DNA of 64,000 bases, taken from the IMG/VR virus record IMGVR_UViG_3300028833_000073, positions 32,001-96,000 of that record; one strand, written 5' to 3'. The notes below the pieces were generated by a model. That model did not search any database and was not told the DNA's origin. It worked only from the letters and a program-made list of their open reading frames with translations. Shown here piece by piece: positions 55,401 through 64,000 of this stretch (positions within the stretch are counted from its first letter, which is position 1; each line of letters starts with the position of its first letter). Made by a program: the position numbers and the translations under genes. This DNA is from a virus. Its lineage: Duplodnaviria > Caudoviricetes.

Positions 55401-55994
55401 ATGATTAGAAGATCTATTAACATGTCCATAGACAATGACTTGATAGAAAGTCTTAATAATCTTTCAATCAAAAGAAACACATCAAGATCAGATTTGATTA
55501 ATACAATACTTAGAGACAATATTGATAATTACAAAACTAAGAATGTTAGTCTCACTACATCTAACGATACTATACTTACAGCTACTATATCTAAGAATAC
55601 TATGAGTAAACTCAATGAATTACATACTAAGTATAATAGTGATAGATGTAGATATTCTTCTATAGGTAATTACTTAACTTATCTAATCAATGAAACTTAT
55701 AAAGATCATAGTGATAAACTTAAGTCTCTTAGAGATAGTATCAATAATATATACAATAAGAATAATAGAATAGGTACAAATACTAAGAGATATATAGATA
55801 GTAAATGTAGTATACTTAAACAGAATATTAAATGGTTCCAGAATGTAATAGATAATCTTAATAATTCTATTGAATTCAAGAATACTAGGAATAAAGATAT
55901 ACTACAGCATTATATCAATAGAGTAGAAGAATCTCTTAAGAGATTCAATACTTCCATAGATAACTTCAATAATAGTGATATTCCTAAGAAGTAG
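55401..55994 (+). CDS. ribbon-helix-helix (CopG-like) DNA-binding protein
   Basis: RRSINMSIDNDLIESLNNLSIKRNTSRSDLINTILR; a second RHH-like segment follows. Confidence 0.65.
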   Translation: MIRRSINMSIDNDLIESLNNLSIKRNTSRSDLINTILRDNIDNYKTKNVSLTTSNDTILTATISKNTMSKLNELHTKYNSDRCRYSSIGNYLTYLINETYKDHSDKLKSLRDSINNIYNKNNRIGTNTKRYIDSKCSILKQNIKWFQNVIDNLNNSIEFKNTRNKDILQHYINRVEESLKRFNTSIDNFNNSDIPKK

Positions 55995-56065
55995 TATAAC
56001 AATCACAACAGAAATAGGTAGTCTAATAGACTACCTATATTTTTTGACCAAATTCAAGAATAGGC

Positions 56066-56081
56066 ACATATTATAACTGTG
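56066..56081 (+). promoter_or_regulatory. early promoter
   Basis: ACATATTATaactgtG with the shared upstream element ACCAAATTCAAGAATAGGC. Confidence 0.7.
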
Positions 56082-56120
56082 GCATATAGACAATGATATG
56101 TTTAGAAAGGAGGTATTACA

Positions 56121-56231
56121 ATGACTGTATTGGAAGTAGTATACTTAGACATGAATTCTAGAATCACAGTGTATGATTTTAAAATTTTACACACCACTAA
56201 CACAAGAGTAATCAAAACCAGTTTCGTATAA
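56121..56231 (+). CDS. small early ORF (36 aa)
   Basis: GAAAGGAGG RBS; MTVLEVVYLDMNSRITVYDFKILHTTNTRVIKTSFV. Confidence 0.5.
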   Translation: MTVLEVVYLDMNSRITVYDFKILHTTNTRVIKTSFV

Positions 56232-56531
56232 ATATAATATAATATAAATCTTGGGAGCCCAGAGCTAGGAACCAGGAGAACGGAGCTAGGAACCTACCCT
56301 TAGGATGGACTTGGAGGCTAAGAAACTCAGCAGAGGAAAAGACTAACAAAGGACAAACTAGGAGAAGGAAGGATCGAGACGGTAACACCCCAATGGAAAG
56401 AGAAGATATAGAGCCTAGGATGGTAAGGAGCGGCAGCTCCTTACATATATAGGAGTGTTGAGGATAAATGAATATAATACTACTATAAGTAGAATAAGAA
56501 TAATAATCTCAATAGAAAGGATAATACTACT

Positions 56532-56843
56532 ATGAGTAGAATAAATGCATATGTACTCTATAACAAGACTAATGATGATATAGGAGTATTCAATAATCTT
56601 ACATCATGTAGAGTAGCAAGAGATACTTATAGAAAGAAGGGTAGATTATACAAGTACTCTGTAGGAACAGAGAAAGAAGCTATTAATATAGCTAGTAAGA
56701 TAATACATAGTATATTTAATCCAGAATTACCAAAAAGATACTATACATTAGTAAAACCTGTAAAGACTAATGAGATGTGTTCAATAAGAGATCTTATCAG
56801 TGAAGTACCAAGATACTATATCAAAGATGATGATATTGTATGA
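56532..56843 (+). CDS. hypothetical protein, possible RNase H1 N-terminal (hybrid-binding)-like domain
   Basis: YVLY......GVFNNLTSC..........YK....EKEA pattern; weak similarity only. Confidence 0.4.
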   Translation: MSRINAYVLYNKTNDDIGVFNNLTSCRVARDTYRKKGRLYKYSVGTEKEAINIASKIIHSIFNPELPKRYYTLVKPVKTNEMCSIRDLISEVPRYYIKDDDIV

Positions 56844-56858
56844 AAGGAAGATACTACT

Positions 56859-57416
56859 ATGAGTAATAAGTTTAAAGTACGTACAAGCAGTAGTAATGAC
56901 TACTTAATCTACATGGTAACTAATAAGTTCAATAGTAAAGGATACATAGGATATACAACTAAGAAGAGAATAGAAGATGCAATAATACAAAAAATACACT
57001 TAGCAATAAACAAGACTAATCCATACTCTATGTTTGACTTAGATGTACTAAGTACTCTTAAGAAGATAGACTATAACTATGACTTCATCTATAAAGCTTA
57101 CTCTCAATTCTTACTAGATACTTTTCCATGTACTACACCAATAGATGATATCAATGATATAAAGATAGCATATATCTATAAATATCATACTTTTACTAGT
57201 GGTCTTAATGATACACTCAATGGAATCAGATATGATGAATTACTAATCTTAGTACAAGAGATTGTTGACATGTATCTTCATGGAATGCCAATAGAGAAGA
57301 TAAGTAATACAATATTCAAACCTGAAAGGATGATAGAGATAATACTGAAAGCTAACAACATAGACATCAGTAATCAACCTAAGTTAATAGATCCTCCATT
57401 CAAGATTGTAATCTGA
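56859..57416 (+). CDS. GIY-YIG nuclease-domain protein
   Basis: LIYMVTNKFNSKGYIGYT; C-terminal HTH-like segment. Confidence 0.65.
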   Translation: MSNKFKVRTSSSNDYLIYMVTNKFNSKGYIGYTTKKRIEDAIIQKIHLAINKTNPYSMFDLDVLSTLKKIDYNYDFIYKAYSQFLLDTFPCTTPIDDINDIKIAYIYKYHTFTSGLNDTLNGIRYDELLILVQEIVDMYLHGMPIEKISNTIFKPERMIEIILKANNIDISNQPKLIDPPFKIVI

Positions 57417-57523
57417 TAATACTCATACTATAATAAAATACTACCATCGTTAAGATGGTAGTATTTTATTTTTTATAAATTGATATACATCATCATAAGA
57501 TATAAAAGGAGGTAAGATACCTT

Positions 57524-58882
57524 ATGATAATCACATTTGAAGGTCCTGATTGTTCAGGTAAAACTACACAAGCAAAATCATTAGTGGAGTACATTAATAA
57601 GTACTATCCTAAGTTACATGCAATATATAAGCACTTTCCTAATCATGATAGGAAAGATATACAATTGATTCTACATGATAAGGATGCTAATATTAGTAAT
57701 CCTTATTACATTGCTAGTAGTTATATGAATGAATTCTTCTATGAATTCAATAGTAATGAAAAGTATACTACAGCAGATAACAAAGTAACACTAACATTCA
57801 AAGAAGCAGCTAGAAGAAAGGATGTAGTATTAGTATTAGATAGATACTACTATTCTTCTCTTATCATGTGTCCTCATTGGCCTAACAAGTATGACAATAT
57901 CAAGGATATGACTAGTGAACAAAAAACACAGAAGAATGAATATATTAAGAATCTCTTTGGAGTAACTGGATTACTACTACAGAAGTTTGAATTACCTAGA
58001 CCTGATCTTACTATTGTACTAATTCCTGATAAAGATGAGATGATTAAAAGGATCAGTGAGAAGACAACTATAAAAGAATCAGATAAGTTTGAGACTATAA
58101 AGAAAGCAGAAGAGTTCTATTATGATTACTTAGATTCTATTCTTGATGGTGATGCTTCTATCTATCATATGAATGGAGAGTGGTTTAATCCAGTAGTAAT
58201 CAACAATAGAAAGACTGCATATATTCCTACATCAAAGAAGACTAGTAAGATGGATTCAATTCTACAAGACTATTGTTCAGATATCCTAGATAATACAAAG
58301 GATATCAAAGAAACTAAACTGATGGTAGAAGGAGTATTTGAATCATATCTAAAGACTATCTGTAGAATTACTAATGATAATGAAGAGAAGTCAATCTATA
58401 TCTTCAAAGTAAGTAAGAAAGATCTTGATATATATGAATCTTGTTATAATGATCCTAAAGATAGTGAAGAGACTAAGGAAGAAGAACATGCTACTGGATT
58501 ACTCAATCCAGTAAAAGAATATGACCTTAGTAAGAAAGAAGAGGTTGCATTCTGTAAGATTGGACATCCTACTCCTTACAATGTAATCAATTCTCCTGAT
58601 AAGTATATCTTATCTAAACAATATCCTACTAATGAAAGAGTAATGGTACTTAATATCTTACTTAAGATTCTTAGAGCTGACTATACTAAAGATCAGTTCC
58701 CATCTGCTAAGATTGATGAAGTTACTAGATATATCTATAGGAAGATTGAACAGTTACATGCAGGTTCTGTAGTAAGTACGGAAGGTGGTAAGGTTGAATA
58801 TACTAGAGAAGATAAAGAAGACAACTCAGGAGATCAACCCATTGAAGGAACAAAAGCAGAAGGAAACAAAAAAGAAGAATAG
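57524..58882 (+). CDS. tmk: thymidylate-kinase-family dNMP kinase with C-terminal extension
   Basis: MIITFEGPDCSGKTT P-loop; VLDRYYYSS; LPRPDLTIVL; late-type promoter at 57486-57497. Confidence 0.85.
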   Translation: MIITFEGPDCSGKTTQAKSLVEYINKYYPKLHAIYKHFPNHDRKDIQLILHDKDANISNPYYIASSYMNEFFYEFNSNEKYTTADNKVTLTFKEAARRKDVVLVLDRYYYSSLIMCPHWPNKYDNIKDMTSEQKTQKNEYIKNLFGVTGLLLQKFELPRPDLTIVLIPDKDEMIKRISEKTTIKESDKFETIKKAEEFYYDYLDSILDGDASIYHMNGEWFNPVVINNRKTAYIPTSKKTSKMDSILQDYCSDILDNTKDIKETKLMVEGVFESYLKTICRITNDNEEKSIYIFKVSKKDLDIYESCYNDPKDSEETKEEEHATGLLNPVKEYDLSKKEEVAFCKIGHPTPYNVINSPDKYILSKQYPTNERVMVLNILLKILRADYTKDQFPSAKIDEVTRYIYRKIEQLHAGSVVSTEGGKVEYTREDKEDNSGDQPIEGTKAEGNKKEE

Positions 58883-59771
58883 TAGTTTAAAGACATTGTT
58901 CTTATGGGATAATGAACCTCTACTCTATAGAGATAATAGAGGTTCTTTTATATGGGCTATACAGATGATAAATCCTGATGAGAGTATGCTAGAGGATTTG
59001 GTTACCTTCTTAGAGGTAACACCTAAGCATGTTACTCATAGATCAGGATCTATTCTATCCATACTTATCTCACTGAACGTATACGATATAATGAACATCC
59101 TAAGAGATAATAGATTCCCATATTCTAGATTGTATAATGAATTTGTTAAGGATGTAGAGTTAGAAGTTCCTGGTAAATATATTCATAGCTATATAACAAA
59201 TAATTTACATTTAGAATTTGCTAGAGAAGAGATAAAACCACAGACTGATGATTACTTCAATGAGAATGATAAAGAATCACTAGCACTGAAGGATAAGTAT
59301 GATATCAAGTATGTATCAGAGAATGTAAAGGTTGTAGGATTAGATATACCTAAGAATATCTATGAGAAGGTAACTAACTTCATTGGTCTTTTAAATCCTA
59401 ATGGTATAAGCTATAATACTTGCTTACAGCTATGCAGGATAACTTTTGATATCACTAACATAGAAGATAGAGACTATGGGAGGTCATTCTCATATAACTT
59501 CCATGATCTATATACTATGATGAAGGATGAACTACTTAATGATGACCCTGGTCCTTATATTGACCTTAAGTATTTACTAGAATCTGAGGGAGAAATAACT
59601 ATTGACTTAGATAATGATCTTGATATATCCAAGATCAATCCTTGGTCAGATAGTGATGAAGATGTTGATGATATTCTTAGTACTGAAGAAGAGATTATAG
59701 ACTCATCTAAAGTACCCGATTCAAACTACATTGGTAAAGAAGGAGAGAATAATAATGGCAATGAGAAATGA
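58785..59771 (+). CDS. hypothetical protein
   Basis: 328-aa ORF overlapping the tmk end. Confidence 0.65.
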   Translation: MVRLNILEKIKKTTQEINPLKEQKQKETKKKNSSLKTLFLWDNEPLLYRDNRGSFIWAIQMINPDESMLEDLVTFLEVTPKHVTHRSGSILSILISLNVYDIMNILRDNRFPYSRLYNEFVKDVELEVPGKYIHSYITNNLHLEFAREEIKPQTDDYFNENDKESLALKDKYDIKYVSENVKVVGLDIPKNIYEKVTNFIGLLNPNGISYNTCLQLCRITFDITNIEDRDYGRSFSYNFHDLYTMMKDELLNDDPGPYIDLKYLLESEGEITIDLDNDLDISKINPWSDSDEDVDDILSTEEEIIDSSKVPDSNYIGKEGENNNGNEK

Positions 59772-60483
59772 TTATGAGCCTACTAGTGACACTTATGTAA
59801 AGAAGTTTGATAAGCTTAGTGATGGTTTTAAGGAGTTACAGAAGGTAACCAATGATCCCAATATTGAAGGTATTACATTTGATGGATGTGAATCTTTCTT
59901 AGATGAATACAAGGCTATTGCAAAGCATTGCTCTAATATTGTTCTTGATGATAATAACTTCCCTAACTTTATGGGAGAAGACTTCCCTGATGTATATGGA
60001 GTAAGTATCTTTGGTAATCGTTTCTATTTCCGTACCAATGATATCTATAGCTTCTCATTCAATATCAATACAAGAGATATTGATACAGTAGATGCTGAGC
60101 TTTTATCCATGTATATCAGTATCAAGAAGCCACATAATCCTGTTGCAGTAGTCAACTACAATAAAATTGTAAAAGAGCTAAATGATCTAGGCTGGTCAGT
60201 ACATGAAAGTCGCCGTCGTCGTAATTCATTTGGTTATCGTCGTGGTGCTGATAGCTATTTAGTTAATCATATGGTTGACAATAGACTTCAGGCCACTACT
60301 AAGAAGAACACTATTGGACATGACGTTGTAACTACTTCTTCTGAAGAAGAAGGAGACGTATATGTAGCAACTTCTATTCCTATTGACAGTGGTAAGATCA
60401 CTAATGCTATGAATAAGCTTAATGATCTTAACTCTGCTGAGAAGGAAGCATTGTCTAAAGCTCTTGGTAGTGATAATTCCTGA
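59755..60483 (+). CDS. hypothetical protein
   Basis: Start moved to ATG 59755 after AAGGAG. Confidence 0.7.
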   Translation: MAMRNDYEPTSDTYVKKFDKLSDGFKELQKVTNDPNIEGITFDGCESFLDEYKAIAKHCSNIVLDDNNFPNFMGEDFPDVYGVSIFGNRFYFRTNDIYSFSFNINTRDIDTVDAELLSMYISIKKPHNPVAVVNYNKIVKELNDLGWSVHESRRRRNSFGYRRGADSYLVNHMVDNRLQATTKKNTIGHDVVTTSSEEEGDVYVATSIPIDSGKITNAMNKLNDLNSAEKEALSKALGSDNS

Positions 60484-60562
60484 ACAGCCTAGTAACATAG
60501 AAAATAAGAATGTAGAGCCTTCTATGGCTCTACATTTCTTTTGACCAAATCTAAAAATGGGC

Positions 60563-60578
60563 ATATATTATAGATGTA
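60563..60578 (+). promoter_or_regulatory. early promoter
   Basis: ATATATTATagatgtA with upstream ACCAAATCTAAAAATGGGC. Confidence 0.7.
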
Positions 60579-60604
60579 GCCAAAAGAAGAAAGGATGTGA
60601 TAAA

Positions 60605-61300
60605 GTGGGCATTATAAGAACAGATAGGCCTAAGCCTAGTGAGTACTTCAAAATGCAAAGGGAGTTGAAGAACAATAAGTTTCTGAAAAGATCAGAAAGG
60701 AAGAAAATCATTCGTAAGCTTAATGAGAGGAGGAAGTATTTATCATCCATAGCGGTATGCCAAGTATGGATGTGTGAGCAGGAAGATGATGAAGAAGTAT
60801 ATAAGATTGAGTCTAAAGGAATTACCGAGAAGACTCGTCCTATGCTAGTGTCTATGTGTCATGGAGACAATATTACTGTGTATCCATTGACCACTAGTGA
60901 GAATGCTACTGAGAGGTGTAAGATATACCATAGAATGTGGGATGGATCTGGTATCTGTCTTACAGAACAGCTTAAAGCATTTACAAGAGTTAAGTTCTGG
61001 TTCTATATGAATACAATAGACTTCAGAGAACTAGAAGAGATCAATAATCAATACGCAAAGGAGTTGCTAAAATCAAGAGTACCTACCCTAACGAAGGAAA
61101 CCACCATTCCTTCATATGAGATCAATATGGATAGGAAGCTAGTTACCACTACGGACAAAAGAACTTATTCTCCAGATATCGTTAAATATATCGTAGATAA
61201 CTGGAGTCTATTACCTATGAACAATATCTTGTCGGCATGTAAGGGTTTAAACAGACACGATGTATACAATATTGCTAATGCTAACTTTAGTACAATATAA
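60605..61300 (+). CDS. PemK/MazF-like endoribonuclease-domain protein
   Basis: QVWM...EKTRPMLV...ITVYPLTTS...SGICLTEQLKAF...ELEEIN follows the PemK/MazF pattern; start moved to GTG 60605. Confidence 0.65.
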   Translation: MGIIRTDRPKPSEYFKMQRELKNNKFLKRSERKKIIRKLNERRKYLSSIAVCQVWMCEQEDDEEVYKIESKGITEKTRPMLVSMCHGDNITVYPLTTSENATERCKIYHRMWDGSGICLTEQLKAFTRVKFWFYMNTIDFRELEEINNQYAKELLKSRVPTLTKETTIPSYEINMDRKLVTTTDKRTYSPDIVKYIVDNWSLLPMNNILSACKGLNRHDVYNIANANFSTI

Positions 61301-61314
61301 GGGAGAGATTTATA

Positions 61315-62127
61315 ATGGCATTGAATGAAGATCAAGTGAAATTGATGAATTACTATCAGATGGAAGAGTTTAAGCAGAAGCTGATAGAGGATAATAGGCC
61401 AAAAGATGAGAAGGATATGGTTGATGCATATCTTAGTGACTTCTTGAAGTATGCTAAGAAGTTGGGAGAGAATGTTAAAGAACATCCATATGCAGTAGCA
61501 TACATGTTCTTTAGCAAAGGTTATGATGCTGCTCCTCCAGCCACTAGGGGAATCTGTGATCTTTCCAGGATGACAATGTCTAATATGATTCCATTGGATG
61601 CCCTTCTCACAAGGATTCTCTATGATATGGGAGTCAAGATGGGACTGTACTTTGATATGCTGGAGAGGTATAAGATTGATGAAGAGCTTGATGTTATTAA
61701 GGAGGAAGATGACAAGGATAAGCTCTATGATCTGATCATCGCGTTCTTTAAGAATCATATTGATAAGAACGTGGATTATGAGAAAGAGTTCTGTATGTTG
61801 TTGAATGAGGATTCCATTAATACGCTCAAGAATGCGATTGAGAAGTTTGAGCAGATTATGGGAATCTTTAGGAATAACAACATCGAAAGAGATAGGTTGC
61901 TCTTCAATACGGTGATTGCCAAGACTTATAACTTCGATATGGAATATATGACTTCTGTACAGGCAACAAACCATGCATCCTTTATTGATAGCCTCTATAG
62001 AAATCCAAAGAAGTATATGAAAGATTTGGATACTATTGAGGTAGTCAAGCAGGATGAGCATCACCATAGCCATATTGAGAAGGTGCCTGTATATAGGAAG
62101 GAAAAGGTGAATAACGATGAAGGTTAA
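61315..62127 (+). CDS. early hypothetical protein
   Basis: RBS; helical 270 aa. Confidence 0.7.
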   Translation: MALNEDQVKLMNYYQMEEFKQKLIEDNRPKDEKDMVDAYLSDFLKYAKKLGENVKEHPYAVAYMFFSKGYDAAPPATRGICDLSRMTMSNMIPLDALLTRILYDMGVKMGLYFDMLERYKIDEELDVIKEEDDKDKLYDLIIAFFKNHIDKNVDYEKEFCMLLNEDSINTLKNAIEKFEQIMGIFRNNNIERDRLLFNTVIAKTYNFDMEYMTSVQATNHASFIDSLYRNPKKYMKDLDTIEVVKQDEHHHSHIEKVPVYRKEKVNNDEG

Positions 62128-62302
62128 AGAGGTTGCTGATTCACTCCGTGGTGCATATCTGTATATTGATGAAGACCTGTATCGTACTGTGGATGTTCCT
62201 GAAGATATTGGAAACAAAGAAGTAGACTTTATGTACATTATAACTGACGGGATAATGACTCTTCATGAAGATAGATACCTTGCAGTAATAACCAAGAAGT
62301 AA
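62117..62302 (+). CDS. small hypothetical protein
   Basis: Overlaps the upstream stop; followed by GGGTACC terminator. Confidence 0.6.
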   Translation: MKVKEVADSLRGAYLYIDEDLYRTVDVPEDIGNKEVDFMYIITDGIMTLHEDRYLAVITKK

Positions 62303-62369
62303 AATTTTGGGTACCTTAATGGTACCCTTTTTCTTTTTCTTAAAATAGCCTAGTCAGAACATACTGGTA

Positions 62370-63185
62370 ATGATTAAGAAGGGAGCGATACATATGTCGA
62401 GAGATGTCTTGACAATGAATCATGTCGACCCGATAGATTTCAATGTAATAAGAATTCCATCGCTTCCTGTGTATGATAGAGAAGACTACGACTTCTATGA
62501 TGATAAAGACATAGATAAGTATATAAAGGATGTAGAAAGAGTAGCGAGGAATTCATTTGAGTATCATCGGTTCATTAAGTTCTTACGTACTCGTCTAGAT
62601 ATGAATAAGTGTTCATTCTACGAGAATGTATCTAATAGATTTGGTGATACAGATTGTTTTAAGATAAAGATACATATTCATCATGATCCTTTCACTCTAT
62701 ATGAGATTGCTAAGATAGTATATCTCAAGAGAGCAAAGAGACATGAGAATCTAGATGAACAGTTGACTGCATGTGAAGTGATGCTACTACATTATAACCT
62801 TTTAGTAGGACTCATTCCACTAGCAGAGACTGTACATGAGCTAGTACATAATCAATATCTTTTTGTTCCAACTACTTCAGTTTTTGGCTTCTATAGAGAC
62901 TTCATGGAAATGTATGATGAGTACATAGATCAAGAACTGAAAGATAAGATTGAAAGATTAGAAGAGTTTAGTGCTTTATATGAGGGTGAAGATAAATTCA
63001 TCTTAGATAAGCATTTCCTTTATACTGATCTTTCAGGAACTTATAAACTTCCTAAGTATGAAGATGTTAAAGCTTTTCTTAATGAGCGTATATCTGAGAT
63101 TGATAATGGATTACCATCTCCACACGTGGAACCTAAACCAGTAAAGAAGTTAGTAGATCCACCGTGGAAGATAGTGATAGATTAA
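62370..63185 (+). CDS. late hypothetical protein with HNH-like His motifs
   Basis: KCSF...IHIHH.PFTL...LIPL..TVHELVH; late promoter at 62358-62369; probable start ATG 62394. Confidence 0.5.
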   Translation: MIKKGAIHMSRDVLTMNHVDPIDFNVIRIPSLPVYDREDYDFYDDKDIDKYIKDVERVARNSFEYHRFIKFLRTRLDMNKCSFYENVSNRFGDTDCFKIKIHIHHDPFTLYEIAKIVYLKRAKRHENLDEQLTACEVMLLHYNLLVGLIPLAETVHELVHNQYLFVPTTSVFGFYRDFMEMYDEYIDQELKDKIERLEEFSALYEGEDKFILDKHFLYTDLSGTYKLPKYEDVKAFLNERISEIDNGLPSPHVEPKPVKKLVDPPWKIVID

Positions 63186-63221
63186 GATTAAAATGACATA
63201 AATAGATAGGAGGAAGTAATC

Positions 63222-63584
63222 ATGCAGATTTGTTCTGTTCTTAAGCAGAAGTATGTTGACGGCACTCCAGCCGGTAAGAATTATCTAGTTGCATATTTCC
63301 CTCGTACTAAGGACGAGGTTATTGCAATGATCATGAGGGATAACAAGACTTCTGTATCTAATGTCGTTGCTGTTGATGACGGTAAGGTATGGACGGCTGA
63401 TATGACTAAGGAGTCTGGTGAGAAGTGGAAGCTTACCTTTATTTATCATGAACTCAAGGAGCTTGAAGCCTTCTCCGAGATCAAGAAGCAGATCAAGGGT
63501 CAGATTATCAAGCAGGCTCAGTTCATTGTCAAAACTCCAGTTGAATTCGATGAGATCAATTGGGTAACCAAGTGCTATTTTTGA
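63222..63584 (+). CDS. hypothetical protein
   Basis: AGGAGG RBS; followed by hairpin at 63600-63622. Confidence 0.7.
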   Translation: MQICSVLKQKYVDGTPAGKNYLVAYFPRTKDEVIAMIMRDNKTSVSNVVAVDDGKVWTADMTKESGEKWKLTFIYHELKELEAFSEIKKQIKGQIIKQAQFIVKTPVEFDEINWVTKCYF

Positions 63585-63634
63585 TACATGGTGATACGAG
63601 GGACTACCTTAGGGTAGTCCCTTTTAAATAAGGA

Positions 63635-63973
63635 GTGATAATGATGCTTAATGTTAGAATTAGTTCTACATTGAATATATTAATCAGACATTTTGATCAA
63701 TGTATTAATACTTTGCTATGTAATGTGAATGAAAAGGATAGGAAAACTATCAGAGAGAGTATTGAATTATCTCCATTCTATTCTGTTATGACTGAATTAG
63801 AGAAAGATGGTACTGCTACTGGTATGCTATATGAGTTCAATAATGACATTAAGAAGAAGTATACTAAAGAGATTGAGTTATTTAAGAAGCAGCTTACTAT
63901 GTATCCTAACTATTGGGATAAGATCTATGCTTTAGAAGCAGATGATGATTCTTTGCTTATATCTCTTGTCTAA
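63635..63973 (+). CDS. hypothetical protein
   Basis: AAGGAG RBS. Confidence 0.65.
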   Translation: MIMMLNVRISSTLNILIRHFDQCINTLLCNVNEKDRKTIRESIELSPFYSVMTELEKDGTATGMLYEFNNDIKKKYTKEIELFKKQLTMYPNYWDKIYALEADDDSLLISLV

Positions 63974-64000
63974 TTACTATAAACGGGGGTACCTAATGGT

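Noticed and set aside
61165-62238. 357-aa minus-strand ORF
   Set aside because: Antisense shadow of three plus-strand genes that have a promoter, RBSs and a terminator; Ile/Leu/His-rich composition typical of shadows; no RBS or promoter seen
1-64000. Stop-codon reassignment as seen in some gut jumbo phages
   Set aside because: Very long ORFs are intact in the standard code and coding density is high
1-64000. CRISPR array, integrase, transposase, reverse transcriptase/DGR, intron or intein
   Set aside because: No regularly spaced repeats or diagnostic motifs seen; the repeats present are coding duplications or promoter/terminator elements

Overview
AT-rich window from a large (jumbo) tailed bacteriophage, standard genetic code, most similar in transcription logic to the phiKZ/AR9 group. 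Evidence: a phage-type multisubunit RNA polymerase beta subunit, and two recurring promoter motifs (ATATATTAT-N6-R upstream of small accessory genes; WAC[A/T]-N6-TA upstream of structural genes) that match the Bacillus phage AR9 early and late consensus as I recall them. Strong AGGAGG-type RBSs and the cell-wall hydrolase set suggest a Firmicute host (inference). The left part has a tandem family of putative internal head proteins with a Tad2 (DUF2829) anti-defence gene inserted, baseplate and tail genes, RusA, and a ~7,100-aa tape-measure-like protein carrying five hydrolase/protease domains separated by a repeated GxGSGKxKYGxG linker. The right part has an HU-like protein, early gene cassettes, an RNAP beta subunit with GNAT-like domains inserted near its N-terminus, a cluster of three promoter-driven structured ncRNA candidates, a small ORF whose mRNA folds like a type I toxin mRNA, tRNA-Arg(UCU), RHH/XRE regulators, a GIY-YIG protein, a dNMP kinase and an orphan PemK/MazF-like gene. 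The strongest candidates for undescribed biology are the ncRNA cluster behind the RNAP gene, the GNAT-RNAP polyprotein and the linker-punctuated giant tail protein. All protein family calls come from recognising motifs by eye; no database searches were run.
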